Shown here piece after piece: positions 11,958 through 22,546 of a DNA stretch of 64,000 bases. The translations under genes and the position numbers were made by a program. Where the stretch lies: contig NW_003314277.1 of NCBI RefSeq assembly GCF_000143415.4, forward strand, positions 2,261,193 through 2,325,192. The letters are read 5' to 3'. This DNA is from Selaginella moellendorffii (Eukaryota > Plantae > Lycopodiophyta). How positions within the stretch are numbered: position 1 is the first letter of the stretch; the number at the start of each line of letters is the position of its first letter. Below the pieces are notes generated by a model. It searched no databases. It worked only from the letters and a program-made list of their open reading frames with translations, and was not told the DNA's origin.

Positions 11958-14127
11958 CGTTCACGAGCGTCTCGTCCTCGGACTTGACACGCTGCTGCTT
12001 CCAGAAATCGATGGTGGCCATCTTTTTCTCCACCTCCACCAGATCGTGGAGCATGTTTGCGCGCTTGAGCCCCTTGGACATGAGCGAGTACGTGATGGAG
12101 TTTGGCATCACCCCCTCGTCTTGCATCCTCTTGAACACCGCCAGCGCGTGGCTCACTCGCCCGTAGTGGATGAGCGAGTTGATGAGCGACGTGTAGTTGA
12201 CGACGTTGGGCTTGCAGCCATTGAGCGGCATCTTCTCCAGCAAGTGCTCCGCGGCATCGATCTTCCCCTCCCGTCCCAGCGACTGGATGAGCACTGTGTA
12301 GGTGTGAGCGTCGGGCTTGCAACCAGCGTCGAGCATCTCCTGGTAGATCGCCATGGCCCGGTCGAAGTGCCTCATCTTCACCAGCATGTCGATCACGGTC
12401 GTGTACGTCCGCGTGTTGGGCTTCACCTTCAAGTCCTTCATCCAGTAGAAGATCTTCATGGCCAGGTCCGGGTTGTGCGACACCGAGAGCGTGAAGATGA
12501 TGGAGTTCATCGTCACGATGCTCACCTCGATGTCGCTGCTCTGGAGCTTCATCAGGAGCTCCTCCACCTGCGAGAAGTGGTGGTGGCGGCCCAGCAGGCT
12601 GATCATCTTGGTGTAGACGAAGCTGTCGTGCTTGTATCCCGGCTGCTTCTCCACCCAGTAGAAGAAGCGGAGCGCCGCCGTCACGTCTCTCATTCCCATG
12701 AGCACCCGCAAGACCTTCCAGGGATCCCACCGGAAGTTTGCGGCTTCCAAAGCCGCGGCGGTCTCGGGCGTCCATCTGTAGATAATTGTCGAGAAGGCCT
12801 TCATGTCGACGAGAGGCCTGTCTAAGCCTTCCATCACCTCCATATCCTGTAACGGGACGCTCCGTTCCTTAGTTTCACCACCGCTAGAGCCGCGGCGATC
12901 ATCCTCTTCCTTGGTGGACTCTTGATCAGGAGTTTTAGCTTGAAAGTCTGCGTAAAGTTGGTCCGCCTCGATCATACTCTCCATGGCTTCGAGGAGAGGC
13001 GCTGCTTCGGTCAGCTTGCCAGCCTTCTTCAGTGAGTCCATCACCGTGAAGTACATTTTCCCGTTTGGCTTCTGATTCGCCTTCTTCATCCCTTCGAAGA
13101 GCCCCTTGAGTAGCTCCAAGTCGCCAGCACTGGCGGCGGAATCCATGAGCACTCTGAAAGTAGCAGCTGTTGGAGAAGCCTTCAAACTGTCCAGCTTTTC
13201 AAAAACCAAGAGAGCTGCGTCCAAGTTTCCTGACGAGGCCAAGCACTGAATGAGCACGGTGTAAGTTCTCACGTTGGGCCGGCAGCCAGCACTGACCATG
13301 TCTTTGAAAATTTCTCCAACTTGTCTAAACCTTTTGAGCTTCGTAAGCAGGCTCATGAGCATCGTGTAAGTCACCACGTTTGGCAGGCACCCCACTTTCA
13401 ACATCTGGTTCCACATTTCCACCGCTCTGTCGATATCATCGGCCCGGCTGTACCAATGTATGACTGTAGTGAACAAAACCACATTCATCCCACAGCCGTA
13501 AGCGGACATGTCGTCTAAAACCTTCTGTATACCCGTGACATCCTTGACTCTTCCGAAAACTTCGATCAAGCTGTTGTAAGTATGCTCTGTGTGCCTGTAT
13601 CCTTCAACTCCCTTCAACCACTGAAAGAATCCCCATGCAGCATCCGGTTCTAAAGGCTGCCTAAGCACCTGTAGGACGACCAGAGGATTCCACGGCACTT
13701 TCAGCTTCTCGACTTTCACCTGACTATCCTCGTTCCAGCCCATTTCCCGGAGAACGTTTCCCACCTCTATAGCTGCTTCCATCTTTGAAAAGAACGAGCC
13801 GATCGTGTCCCGGGACTTGAAGGGCTCCCACCGAGGAGGACGAGATGGTCGATACATGTGAAGATTTCCTGCTTGAATGTTGAGCGGCGTCTCCTCCTCT
13901 GCTGGACTTTCCGACGTACTGGGTTCTTCTTCCACTGCCCCGTTTCCATTTCGGTCTGCTGGAGCCAAGCCTCCGACCTGCGGGTGTTGCCGAAGAAATT
14001 GGAAGAACGATCCGTAGTGAGAGCCTTTGCCATTCTTCGCAGTGGTAGAGGGGGCTGCTGCTGCTGCCGCACTGGAATGAAACTCGCAGTACCTATGCCA
14101 TCGAGCTCTCCTCCAGCTAGGCCGCAT
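11890..14127 (-). CDS. P-class pentatricopeptide repeat protein, intronless (alternative in-frame start at 14196)
   Basis: Multiple 35-aa repeats (PNVVTYTMLM, PNVRTYTVLI, PDAHTYTVLI, PNVVNYTSLI) in two blocks, each preceded by an AxxFFxW motif; Arg-rich N-terminus resembling an organellar transit peptide. Confidence 0.93.
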   Translation of the reverse strand: MRPSWRRARWHRYCEFHSSAAAAAAPSTTAKNGKGSHYGSFFQFLRQHPQVGGLAPADRNGNGAVEEEPSTSESPAEEETPLNIQAGNLHMYRPSRPPRWEPFKSRDTIGSFFSKMEAAIEVGNVLREMGWNEDSQVKVEKLKVPWNPLVVLQVLRQPLEPDAAWGFFQWLKGVEGYRHTEHTYNSLIEVFGRVKDVTGIQKVLDDMSAYGCGMNVVLFTTVIHWYSRADDIDRAVEMWNQMLKVGCLPNVVTYTMLMSLLTKLKRFRQVGEIFKDMVSAGCRPNVRTYTVLIQCLASSGNLDAALLVFEKLDSLKASPTAATFRVLMDSAASAGDLELLKGLFEGMKKANQKPNGKMYFTVMDSLKKAGKLTEAAPLLEAMESMIEADQLYADFQAKTPDQESTKEEDDRRGSSGGETKERSVPLQDMEVMEGLDRPLVDMKAFSTIIYRWTPETAAALEAANFRWDPWKVLRVLMGMRDVTAALRFFYWVEKQPGYKHDSFVYTKMISLLGRHHHFSQVEELLMKLQSSDIEVSIVTMNSIIFTLSVSHNPDLAMKIFYWMKDLKVKPNTRTYTTVIDMLVKMRHFDRAMAIYQEMLDAGCKPDAHTYTVLIQSLGREGKIDAAEHLLEKMPLNGCKPNVVNYTSLINSLIHYGRVSHALAVFKRMQDEGVMPNSITYSLMSKGLKRANMLHDLVEVEKKMATIDFWKQQRVKSEDETLVNETILKALLPELKRESQDQRQTE

Positions 14128-14195
14128 TCCCCCAAAACCCTGAACCCTAAACACTTCAGTAAAATAGAAGGAAAGCAACACTAGAAACTTACACA

Positions 14196-16366
14196 TCAGT
14201 GCAGGAAGGACGCTTGATAAGCTGGGGGTGGCGGAGGAAGTCCACTTCCAAACTGGTAGCTGCTGTAAGAAGGATTCCCATAAGCTGCAGACCCGTAGAG
14301 CGACGAACCCAGCCCGTCAGCCGAATACAGATATGAGGTAGACATTGAAACTGGAGTTCGATTTCCAGTGTATGTCGTCGTTGCAAACCCCCCTTGGTTC
14401 CTCCTGTCATATCCTGTCTGGGGGGCCAAGCCGTAGGTAGAGAGGCCGACGCCACCGAACTGAGCTCTGTCCGATGGCCGATAGAAGCTCCTTTCACCGT
14501 TTCCATATACAGCTCCATTTCCATTGCAAGCTCGAGGACGCTTGGCTTGTGCTTTGACAGCGACTGCTGCTCGTTTCCTGTCGGCCTTGGCCCTCTCCAG
14601 CACATCGATCCTTTTCTGCAGCGACTGCGGAGGAAACTGAGCGTCCAGCTTGTATTCCTCGATGCACTTGATGACAGATTTCAAAGCTGACAGCTCCTTC
14701 ATCGACGAGTCGTTCTTTACAGGAACAAATACATTGTCAAAAGAAAAGTAGAGTAATATAAAAACTCTGTGGTACCTGTGCTGCAGCTGAGTTGTTGCCG
14801 CTCTTCAGGATCACTTGAGCTGACTTTCGAGCATCTTTGAGGTAGGCCTTGAGCAGCGGCACAGGTTCAACTCGATCCATAATCTCGAACGCATGAGCAA
14901 AAGCCAGTGCCTCAACTTGCTTTCCTTCCTTCGCAAGCTTGTCCACCACATCTGGAAGAACAAAGACATCAAGACGAAACGAACGTAATTCTCAGAAAGC
15001 TTTGAACAAACAAAAGCAAAAACTGAACCAACGCGGAGAACAACTCGCAAAGAACACAAGACGATTGAGGACACCGACCTGGTATCTTCGGGGCCAGTCC
15101 CAGGGCCCTGCAAAGCGCAGGAGACTGCCTGCGCCGTGCGACAGTGGTCACAAGCCTGCAAAGCTCTTCATCATCATACTCGGGGGAGTGGAGAATCAAG
15201 TGGGGGCTCGAGGGTGTTGCCACTAGCAACCATGATGCCATAGAGAGTCTAAAACATGGAATTGTCCAGGCAATCCCATAAGTTGCCAGGAGCTGCAAGA
15301 ACACCTGCGCGTCCAATGAATTCTCCGATGCCACAGCACCGCTAGAGTCCTTGAGGACATCCATCCTAGACTTCCATCTGCCAGCAAGCTCCTTGGCACG
15401 CTCCTTGATGTTAAACGGCACCACCGGATGCTCGACTCCTAGAACCGGGTCGGCCAAAGCCGAGCCAGCACTCTCTAAGATGAGCACACAAGCACGGCGA
15501 TTAGCCGAGACCCCTGACTCCTTTCTATCACCACCACCACCACCACCACCACCACCACCACTCTCACTATCAGACGGGATGCTATACCCCTCGAGGGCAT
15601 CCAGGACGAGACGAGCCGGATCAATGGCACACCGAATTGCGACCGGCAACTCCAACCTCAATGCACTCACATCCTTCCTATGCTCACTCACGTACCTTCT
15701 CAAGCCTTCCCCGTCCATGTTCTCACAGAGTGTTTTAAGCTCTGGACGAACTCTCACCTCCGCCACCACTGAGTTGACCGTCGGCTGCTTTGGGGCGGGC
15801 GATGGCACTGGCGTTGCTTCTTTCGTGGGTGTTCCACTGCTGCCTTGCCCGTTCGTGGGGGAATCGTTGCTCTCCTCGGAATGCTGCTGCTGGGCGGCGA
15901 GAGGATCGTGATCCGAGGCCGGGGATCCGCAATTCTCCTCCGGGTTGCAGATATTGCCAATCCCTGTCCCCGGGTTCTCCAGATAGATGGCCTGCCGCTC
16001 CTCGCTCAATCGCCGCTTCTCCTCCACAATGGCCGCGATCGCTGCCTCGCGCTGCTCCTGGACCCTGGCCAGCGATGCTTCCTCCCGCGCGGCGATCGCC
16101 TCCTCCCTCCGGCTCAGCCCTTCCTCCACATCGTCTAGGGCTTTCTCGCGATCGCTGAGCTCCTCGTACCTCTTCCGCAGCGCCGCTTCCACCTGAGCGA
16201 AGTGCTCCTCAAGCTGCTTCCACTCGATCGTGCAGCTCTCCAGCGCGGCCCGCCGGGACTCCAGCTCTTGAAATGCGCGCTCGATGCGCTCCCGCCGCGC
16301 AAGAACATCGTCCAATGCAAGCGCTACCGGGCTGAGATGAGAGATTCCAGCGTCTGATCCAGCCAT
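14196..16366 (-). CDS. FRIGIDA-like protein, multi-exon
   Basis: Coiled-coil N-terminus; LKTLCENMDGEGLRRY, DPARLVLDALEG, RRACVLILE, FLQLLATYGI, PVPLLKAYLK, ELSALKSVIKCIEEYKL; Tyr/Ser-rich tail; (CCA)n repeat at ~15529-15560 encodes poly-Gly. Confidence 0.92.
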
Positions 16367-16514
16367 CGCGAGGAGATACACGATAATATTTCACCCTAGA
16401 ACCAAGAACACCAAACAAAATGCTGGCCGTTGAGGCCCAGATTGATCCAACGGCCAGCAGCGAATTCCCGGGCCGCGGCACTTTGCAACCGCTTGCCACG
16501 TGGCAGCCTGGTTT

Positions 16515-17389
16515 CTAACAGACTGTCTCAGATTCGAAGTAAACGGCGGCGACTGCCGCCCCAAATTCGTGACGCGTGACAAAATCGTGGACGTCGAATC
16601 TCCCGCGATCCGGGGCGTCCGTTTCCCGCATCCATGCCTCCTTTGTGTCGAAGAGAAGGAAGACGTGCTTGTGCCTCCCTTTGGAGATGGACGGCATTTG
16701 ACGATACTCGAGGATTTCTTCGTGTCCAAAGCCTGGAAAGAAAATTCCAATGTGAGAACTCTGCGAAAGAGTTTTTGAAGTAGAGTATACCAGTTTGAAG
16801 AGATTTCAAGACCATCCACTGCAAGTAATCTTCTCCACCGGCTTCGAGCTCCACGAGTAGCAGCAAGAACAAGCTTCTCAGCCTGGAATTCGATCCACCA
16901 GATCTTTCTACCACTCTTACGGACGGTGGTCCGTGCATTACTTCTCGGTCGATGATAATTCCATTAAAAACCTGGAAGTTGCCGAAGGCTATCTCCAGAA
17001 AAAATCCATCCTCCTCCACACTGAATAAATAAAGTACGTAAAAAAGAGCACTAGCTTGAGCGTTTAACACAAAGAAAAGAACCTGTCTAGCAAGTCTGGG
17101 ATGATATGCGTCTTCTTTAACAATGTCGAGGTTGTGGGGAGCTCCGTTATATCGGCGCCAGGAACCATCCCGGAGTTGTTCGCTCGGCCTTTAAAAACCG
17201 ATGTGTGTCAGTTCTTAAAACGCACGAACTCACAAAGAATTTATTACCTGGAGTACAAGGAGGAAGAGTGCTTACGATCGCCTCCGTGTGGCTATCGACC
17301 ACTCCAAATGCGCAAGCAGCCATGTCCTTCAGCGAGAGATCGGCGGTTTCAGTGAGACCTGCTGTCACAACTCTCTGCAGCATGCTCAT
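16515..17389 (-). CDS. Highly divergent PEBP (FT/TFL1/MFT-superfamily) protein; start at 17168 or 17389
   Basis: Exons 17188-17083, 17020-16791 and 16732-16515 join through 58-62 bp GT-AG introns to give IIPDLLD..QVFNG..PPSVRV..LFLLLLVE..YLQWMV..GHEEILEY..P..GRHKHVFLLF..APDRGRFDVHDFVTRHEFGAAVAAVYFES. Confidence 0.75.
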
Positions 17390-17495
17390 TGTCGCTGCTG
17401 AGACTGGCAAAGATCTACAAAAAGAGAAAACAATGAAAGAAAGAAAAAAGAAAAAGTTAAGTAGAGGAACTCGGAAGCTTAGCCTTAAACTATAC

Positions 17496-18245
17496 CTGGA
17501 CGAGATTTGCAGCTTACATCAAGCACAGACTTGAAAATTCGAAAGAAAAAGCTTTCTTTTTTACACGAGAACATACCAGGCAACAAGAGCAGAACTAGAA
17601 AATACAGACACTGACAGCAAACACGAGAATGAAACATAACATCGTCACTGTGACCTTATATCAGTTGCGGGTTCCGATCCATCGTTTCGAGCTGAAGAAT
17701 TGTCAAAACACTTTAGAACAAGGTCGATCAATCGGTTTACGTTGTCCTTACCAGCAAACGGACTGGTCGCAAAGCCATGAACTTTAATCCGGGCGCTCAT
17801 TCTACTGTCATCGCAAGACGGATCTTCCAACTTCTCTAAGCGCTGCGCTGCTTTATCTGAACAAAGGCGGTTTTTCAAGATGTGGAGATAGAACAAAAAA
17901 TAATTACCACGCTGCTCTTTCTGTTTTGGATCGACTCCTTCGAGACTTTCATCTAGAGAAGTCACCATTCCAGCCTGAGAATCAACCAGCACTCCTGACA
18001 AGAGAAAAAAAATCCTTTTGCCCAAGTTAAACGCGCTTTCCTTTCCGAGAATGATGTATACCTGTGTATGGATCATATGCCTTGGACGAAGTTTTAAGAG
18101 CTTGCTGCTGACCCGAAAGCCCTCCCTCGGCAACATCGCGCAGCGCCGAGGGAGAATCTTGTTGCGCGCCTTCGTTCTTCTCGCCGATCATACTGGCGGC
18201 ATTGCTAGCCCCGCAAGAATTCACACCCACATTCTTATCCTCCAT
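17496..18245 (-). CDS. Short multi-exon coding region of unknown function upstream of the PEBP (separate gene or N-terminal extension)
   Basis: Exons 18245-18062 and 17994-17908 join in frame via a GT-AG intron; I could not resolve the downstream splicing. Confidence 0.4.
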
Positions 18246-20036
18246 CCCCAAAATCGAAGCGATTGAAGCGCAAGCAGCACAAACAGCAGCAGCTCCCTCT
18301 TCCCCTTCTCAAGGGCCCTAAAGTGCGATCAGTCCTCCAAGTGTGAAAAACTGGACGCGTGTCCCACCGACGTGGTGCGATCGTTTTAACGTGGGATCTA
18401 GCACGACACGTGGAAAGCCCTAAAATGTGAGGCTAGGATGAAACCTTAAGTGTGAAACCTTGGGTAAAGTAGACCACTAGTGTCTTACAAGCACATTGAC
18501 AAATGTGTCCCGCTGGGTAACACCAACTTTGTGTTGCAAACAAAAGAATCCACCAAATCCATCCAATACCCGTGCTACGTACGATGCTACGATTAAAAAT
18601 ACTATCTCGGTATATTCCGTGCTCCTCCTCACACACACACACAACACAAGGCTATCGGGCCAAACGACGCCATCAACCAGATATTCGGCGTGACATAAGC
18701 AGCACCACGCTATAAATAAAACCAAAGATCAAAGATCAAACAAAAGGTGGTGGGCAGCAGCAGCACAATAAAAAATCGATATAGCGTGAGCTCGATTGCC
18801 CTAAATTCCACAGCTTCACGTGTTGGGGACCTATGGTTCGTTGAAGCTGCAGCACACCGCCTTTCTTTTTGAATTAGGTGGAAATCGGCGATCCGTCCGA
18901 TCCTGGCGACGGGGTAACCCGCCACGTGGCGGCCTGGCGGGCGCTAGATCGCACCGTGACGATCACGCCACGTCATGCTCGGCTTCCCATGAGGATCCAC
19001 CCCGCGTGACATGACTGATGTTCCTTCGCCCTAAATTCCCTTTTTTACCCTTCCGTACCCCTCAATGACGCCCTTGCCCCTTGCATTTTAATTGCCGCAC
19101 CCGGGTTATTATTAGAGTTTCTTTGGGCTAAAGAAACTGGTAAATCGCCCATGTAAGAAAGCTTTTTGACGGGCTGTGAAGTGTGGACTCCCTTCTCTTT
19201 TTCCTCTAATCGCGAATCGCCTTCTCCATTCATTCATCCATTTTTTTTCTTCCCCCATTCATTCTTCGTTGTGTGTTAGTGTGTTTCGGCACAGCCGCCG
19301 CGGCTCAAGAACCAGCGGCAAAGATCGGCGCCTCCGACCTCGGCGATCTCGCGGCTCGTCTCCACCGATCGCCCGCCCGGCGCTGCGCGGCACGCAATGG
19401 ATCGCGTCGGGAGCTCCGAGGTGATGCGCGGCGCCGCCCGGATTGATCGATCCGGGGCGCCTTGAATCGCCGGCCCCATTTCCGTGATCGTGTACTGGTA
19501 ATATTGCCTCTTTTTCCCGATTCGATCTTTGGTGAATTCCGGCCAGGCGCCGCGCGGAGAGGGGAAATCGGCGCTCCTGATTCGCGATTCATCGCGTCGA
19601 GGTCGGTATTTCGGTAATGTGCAATCGATCGCGCTTCTTTGCCCTGTTTCGGTGCACGGATTGCTTGGCATATCGATCGATCCCCTTGCATTCCTGGATC
19701 CGTGCGGGAAAGAATTTGACTTTGTCATGGTTTGCCTGGAGAGATCGCAATTTTTCTTCTTTTTTGTCTCTCCAGGGTCATGTTCCAGAGAGCATAATGT
19801 TGGTACCTTACGCGTAATTTTGACGCTTGGTTTGCTACAGCTTTCGTGGTTATGCGGTTCCCTTCTATTGACAAGGAGGCTGACCTTGGAGCTGACTGGT
19901 CAGTAAAAAAATCCCTTCTCATTCCAATGTTTTGTTTCAATGATCAGGAGCGCCTTTGCTATGGCTTTCAGATGAAGTGCCATGTGTGTTGGAGCCAAGT
20001 TTTGTAGCAGTTTAGAGCAGTCGAGCGAGCAGCGCC

Positions 20037-22235
20037 ATGGGTCAGGACGACGAAGATATTGATCAACTCTTAGGTGAAATCCCTCGGGCTACCTCGGCGC
20101 CTCCGCATCTTGATGAATTCCGGCCGGGTCGGGACAGTACTATTGCTCAGCAGCAGGAGGATGGCTTGACCAGCTCGGAGACAGACAGCAATTCTTCTGG
20201 TATGTACCCGGAGGGATTCACAACGTTTACGCCCCCACGGGCCGCATTTGATGCGTTTGGTTTTGGGCTGAGCAACAGCAAGAGCGTTAACAGGGGCTCG
20301 TGTACAACAACCAGTCACGACAGCGCCTTTCCGCAAGACGAGACGGGAAACTTGGTCCAGCTGCCTTCGAATGATCCCACGAAGTTTACCGGTGGTTACT
20401 TGGAAAATGGCTTGTATCGCCACTCTCAGCGGTCTGCGACCGAGTACTACGACTATTTGCGATCTCTGCAGCAGGACAGGATACTGCAAGCGCAGAAGCA
20501 ACAGGTCTTTCTCTTCCAACGTGAGCTAGAGGAGGAGCGGCAGCGGAGGGTACAGCAACATATCTTGCAGCAGCAAATCCACGACCGAGCAGCTCAGCTC
20601 TATGGTTTGCAAACTCAGGCGTTGCTGGCTGCCGCGGTTGCTCCATATCGGGCTGGACGTCAACTTCAACCTTCGGCGGTTAACAGGGACGTGTACCATC
20701 GGCAGCCAACTTCTCAAGGTCATATAGACTCCATTTGCCGCTACTATGCTCAAGGTTATTGCAGCCGAGGAGATCAGTGCCCGTATTTGCACATTCAAGC
20801 GCCTGTAACGGGGAACCGAGCTGACAAGTATCCTTCGCGAGCAGGCAAGTCGTCGGTATCAAGAACAAGAAAAAAGCAGAGCAATGGCGGTTATGTTTAT
20901 GCCACTGGTTTAGAGAACGAGGACGCCGACGAGGACGGGTTTTACGGCTCGTCGAAAGCGTTATTGTATCATGATTTGCAGCAGCTGCAGCTAGGGAGCT
21001 CCAACGAGCAGGTGCTTAGATACTCGTCGCTGAAGGAGGTAGAGGGGCGTATTTATTCTATTGCCAAAGATCAGTACGGTTGTCGATTTCTCCAGCGGAG
21101 GTTTGACGAGGGCGTTGCAGAAGACTTGCAGAAGATCTTCGAGGAGATAATCGACCACATTGTCGATTTAATGACTGATCCATTCGGTAACTATCTCGTG
21201 CAGAAACTCCTGGAAGTTTGCACCGAGGACCAGCGACTCGAGATTTTACGTGTCGTGTGCTCTGGAGACGAGCTGATTTCGATCTCCTTGAACATGCACG
21301 GGTACGCTTGTTTTGTTTTTCTTATCGCTCACTAGAGGCTTTCTTCCTTGCAGCACCCGAGCTGTACAGAAGCTAATTGAGACGTTGAAGTCCCCTGAAC
21401 AGGTTTCTATGATCACCTCCTCGCTCGAGCAGGGGATAGTAATTCTTATCAAGGACTTGAATGGTAACCACGTAGTCCAGCGCTGCCTCCAGCGCCTTGG
21501 GAACGAGGAGAACCAGGTTAGAGCTTTTGGATTGTCTCGCCTCTAGCTTACTAACAAAGTGGCAACTCTGGCATGCAGTTCATTTTTGATGCCGCGGCGC
21601 AGCACTGTGTCGAAGTTGGAACCCACAGGCACGGGTGCTGTGTTCTTCAGCGGTGTGTGGATTTTTCAAAAGGTGTACAAAAGGAGCGCTTGGTTGGAGA
21701 AATAGCCGCCAACGCGCTAGTGCTTTCGCAGGATCAATACGGGTATGCAATGGCCTTCCTTTCTTTCGAGCCTCAGTGACGCTTTGTTGGTGCAGTAACT
21801 ATGTTGTGCAATACATCTTGGACGAGGCGCCGTGGATAGCTCCGGAGGTGATGGCCCAGCTGGAGGGGCACCACGCGCACCTCGCGATGCAAAAGTTTAG
21901 CAGTAACGTTGTAGAGAAGTGCCTGAAGCAAGGGGCGGATGACAAGCGTGCGCGAATCATACACGAGCTAACCAAGAGTGCGTTCCTGGGGCAGCTGCTG
22001 CAGGATCCCTTTGCAAACTACGTGATCCAGTGCGCGCTTACAGTCACGAAGGTAATCCAAAGTTTGAAAGTTTGTTCGATTTGTTCTAGCTCTGGGAACT
22101 TACACTTGTGGTATCCAAATCCAGGGAGCTTTGCACGCGAGCTTGGTGGAAGCTATACGTCCGCATCTACCAGCACTGCGCAGCAGCCCATACGGGAAGA
22201 GAATTTTGTGCCGGACAAACCTTAAGAAGGCGTGA
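20037..22235 (+). CDS. Pumilio/PUF RNA-binding protein with a CCCH zinc finger, multi-exon
   Basis: PUF repeats (AKDQYGCRFLQ, TDPFGNYLVQK, KDLNGNHVVQR, HRHGCCVLQR, QKFSSNVVEK, QDPFANYVIQ); CRYYAQGYCSRGDQCPYLH; ends SSPYGKRILCRTNLKKA*. Confidence 0.93.
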
Positions 22236-22440
22236 GTTAAGCGGCAAGAGGATTTTGTCTTTCCGGACAAAGCTTAAGAAGACGTGAGGAGCTCTCGATA
22301 GAGAACCATTGATCAAGCGTTTCGTACGGTAACTAGACGGGAAAATTTTCTCTCCATGTTTTTGATCATTTGCTCTTACTGATACTTGCGGCATGTACAT
22401 TTGGAAAATGTAAAACTTTTATAAAAATGGAGCCTTGTAC

Positions 22441-22483
22441 GGCTAGGGTCTAGGGTTTGGGGTTTTGGGGTTTAAGGTTTAGG
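22441..22483. promoter_or_regulatory. Degenerate telomere-like (telo-box) repeats upstream of the D-cysteine desulfhydrase gene
   Basis: CTAGGGT CTAGGGTTT GGGGTTT TGGGGTTT AAGGTTTAGGG. Confidence 0.45.
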
Positions 22484-22546
22484 GCCAAGTCATTCCTTCG
22501 TACACATGGCGCTTTGGGTGTCCACGTGGATGCTCTTCTAGGGTTT

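Noticed and set aside
14196-17389. A 'flowering-time cluster' (PEBP next to FRIGIDA-like)
   Set aside because: Both are distant family members with no evidence of a shared pathway; adjacency is expected by chance in such a compact genome.
17385-17392. Second stop-start overlap (ATGA) between the upstream ORF and the PEBP
   Set aside because: Depends on an exon chain I could not resolve reliably.
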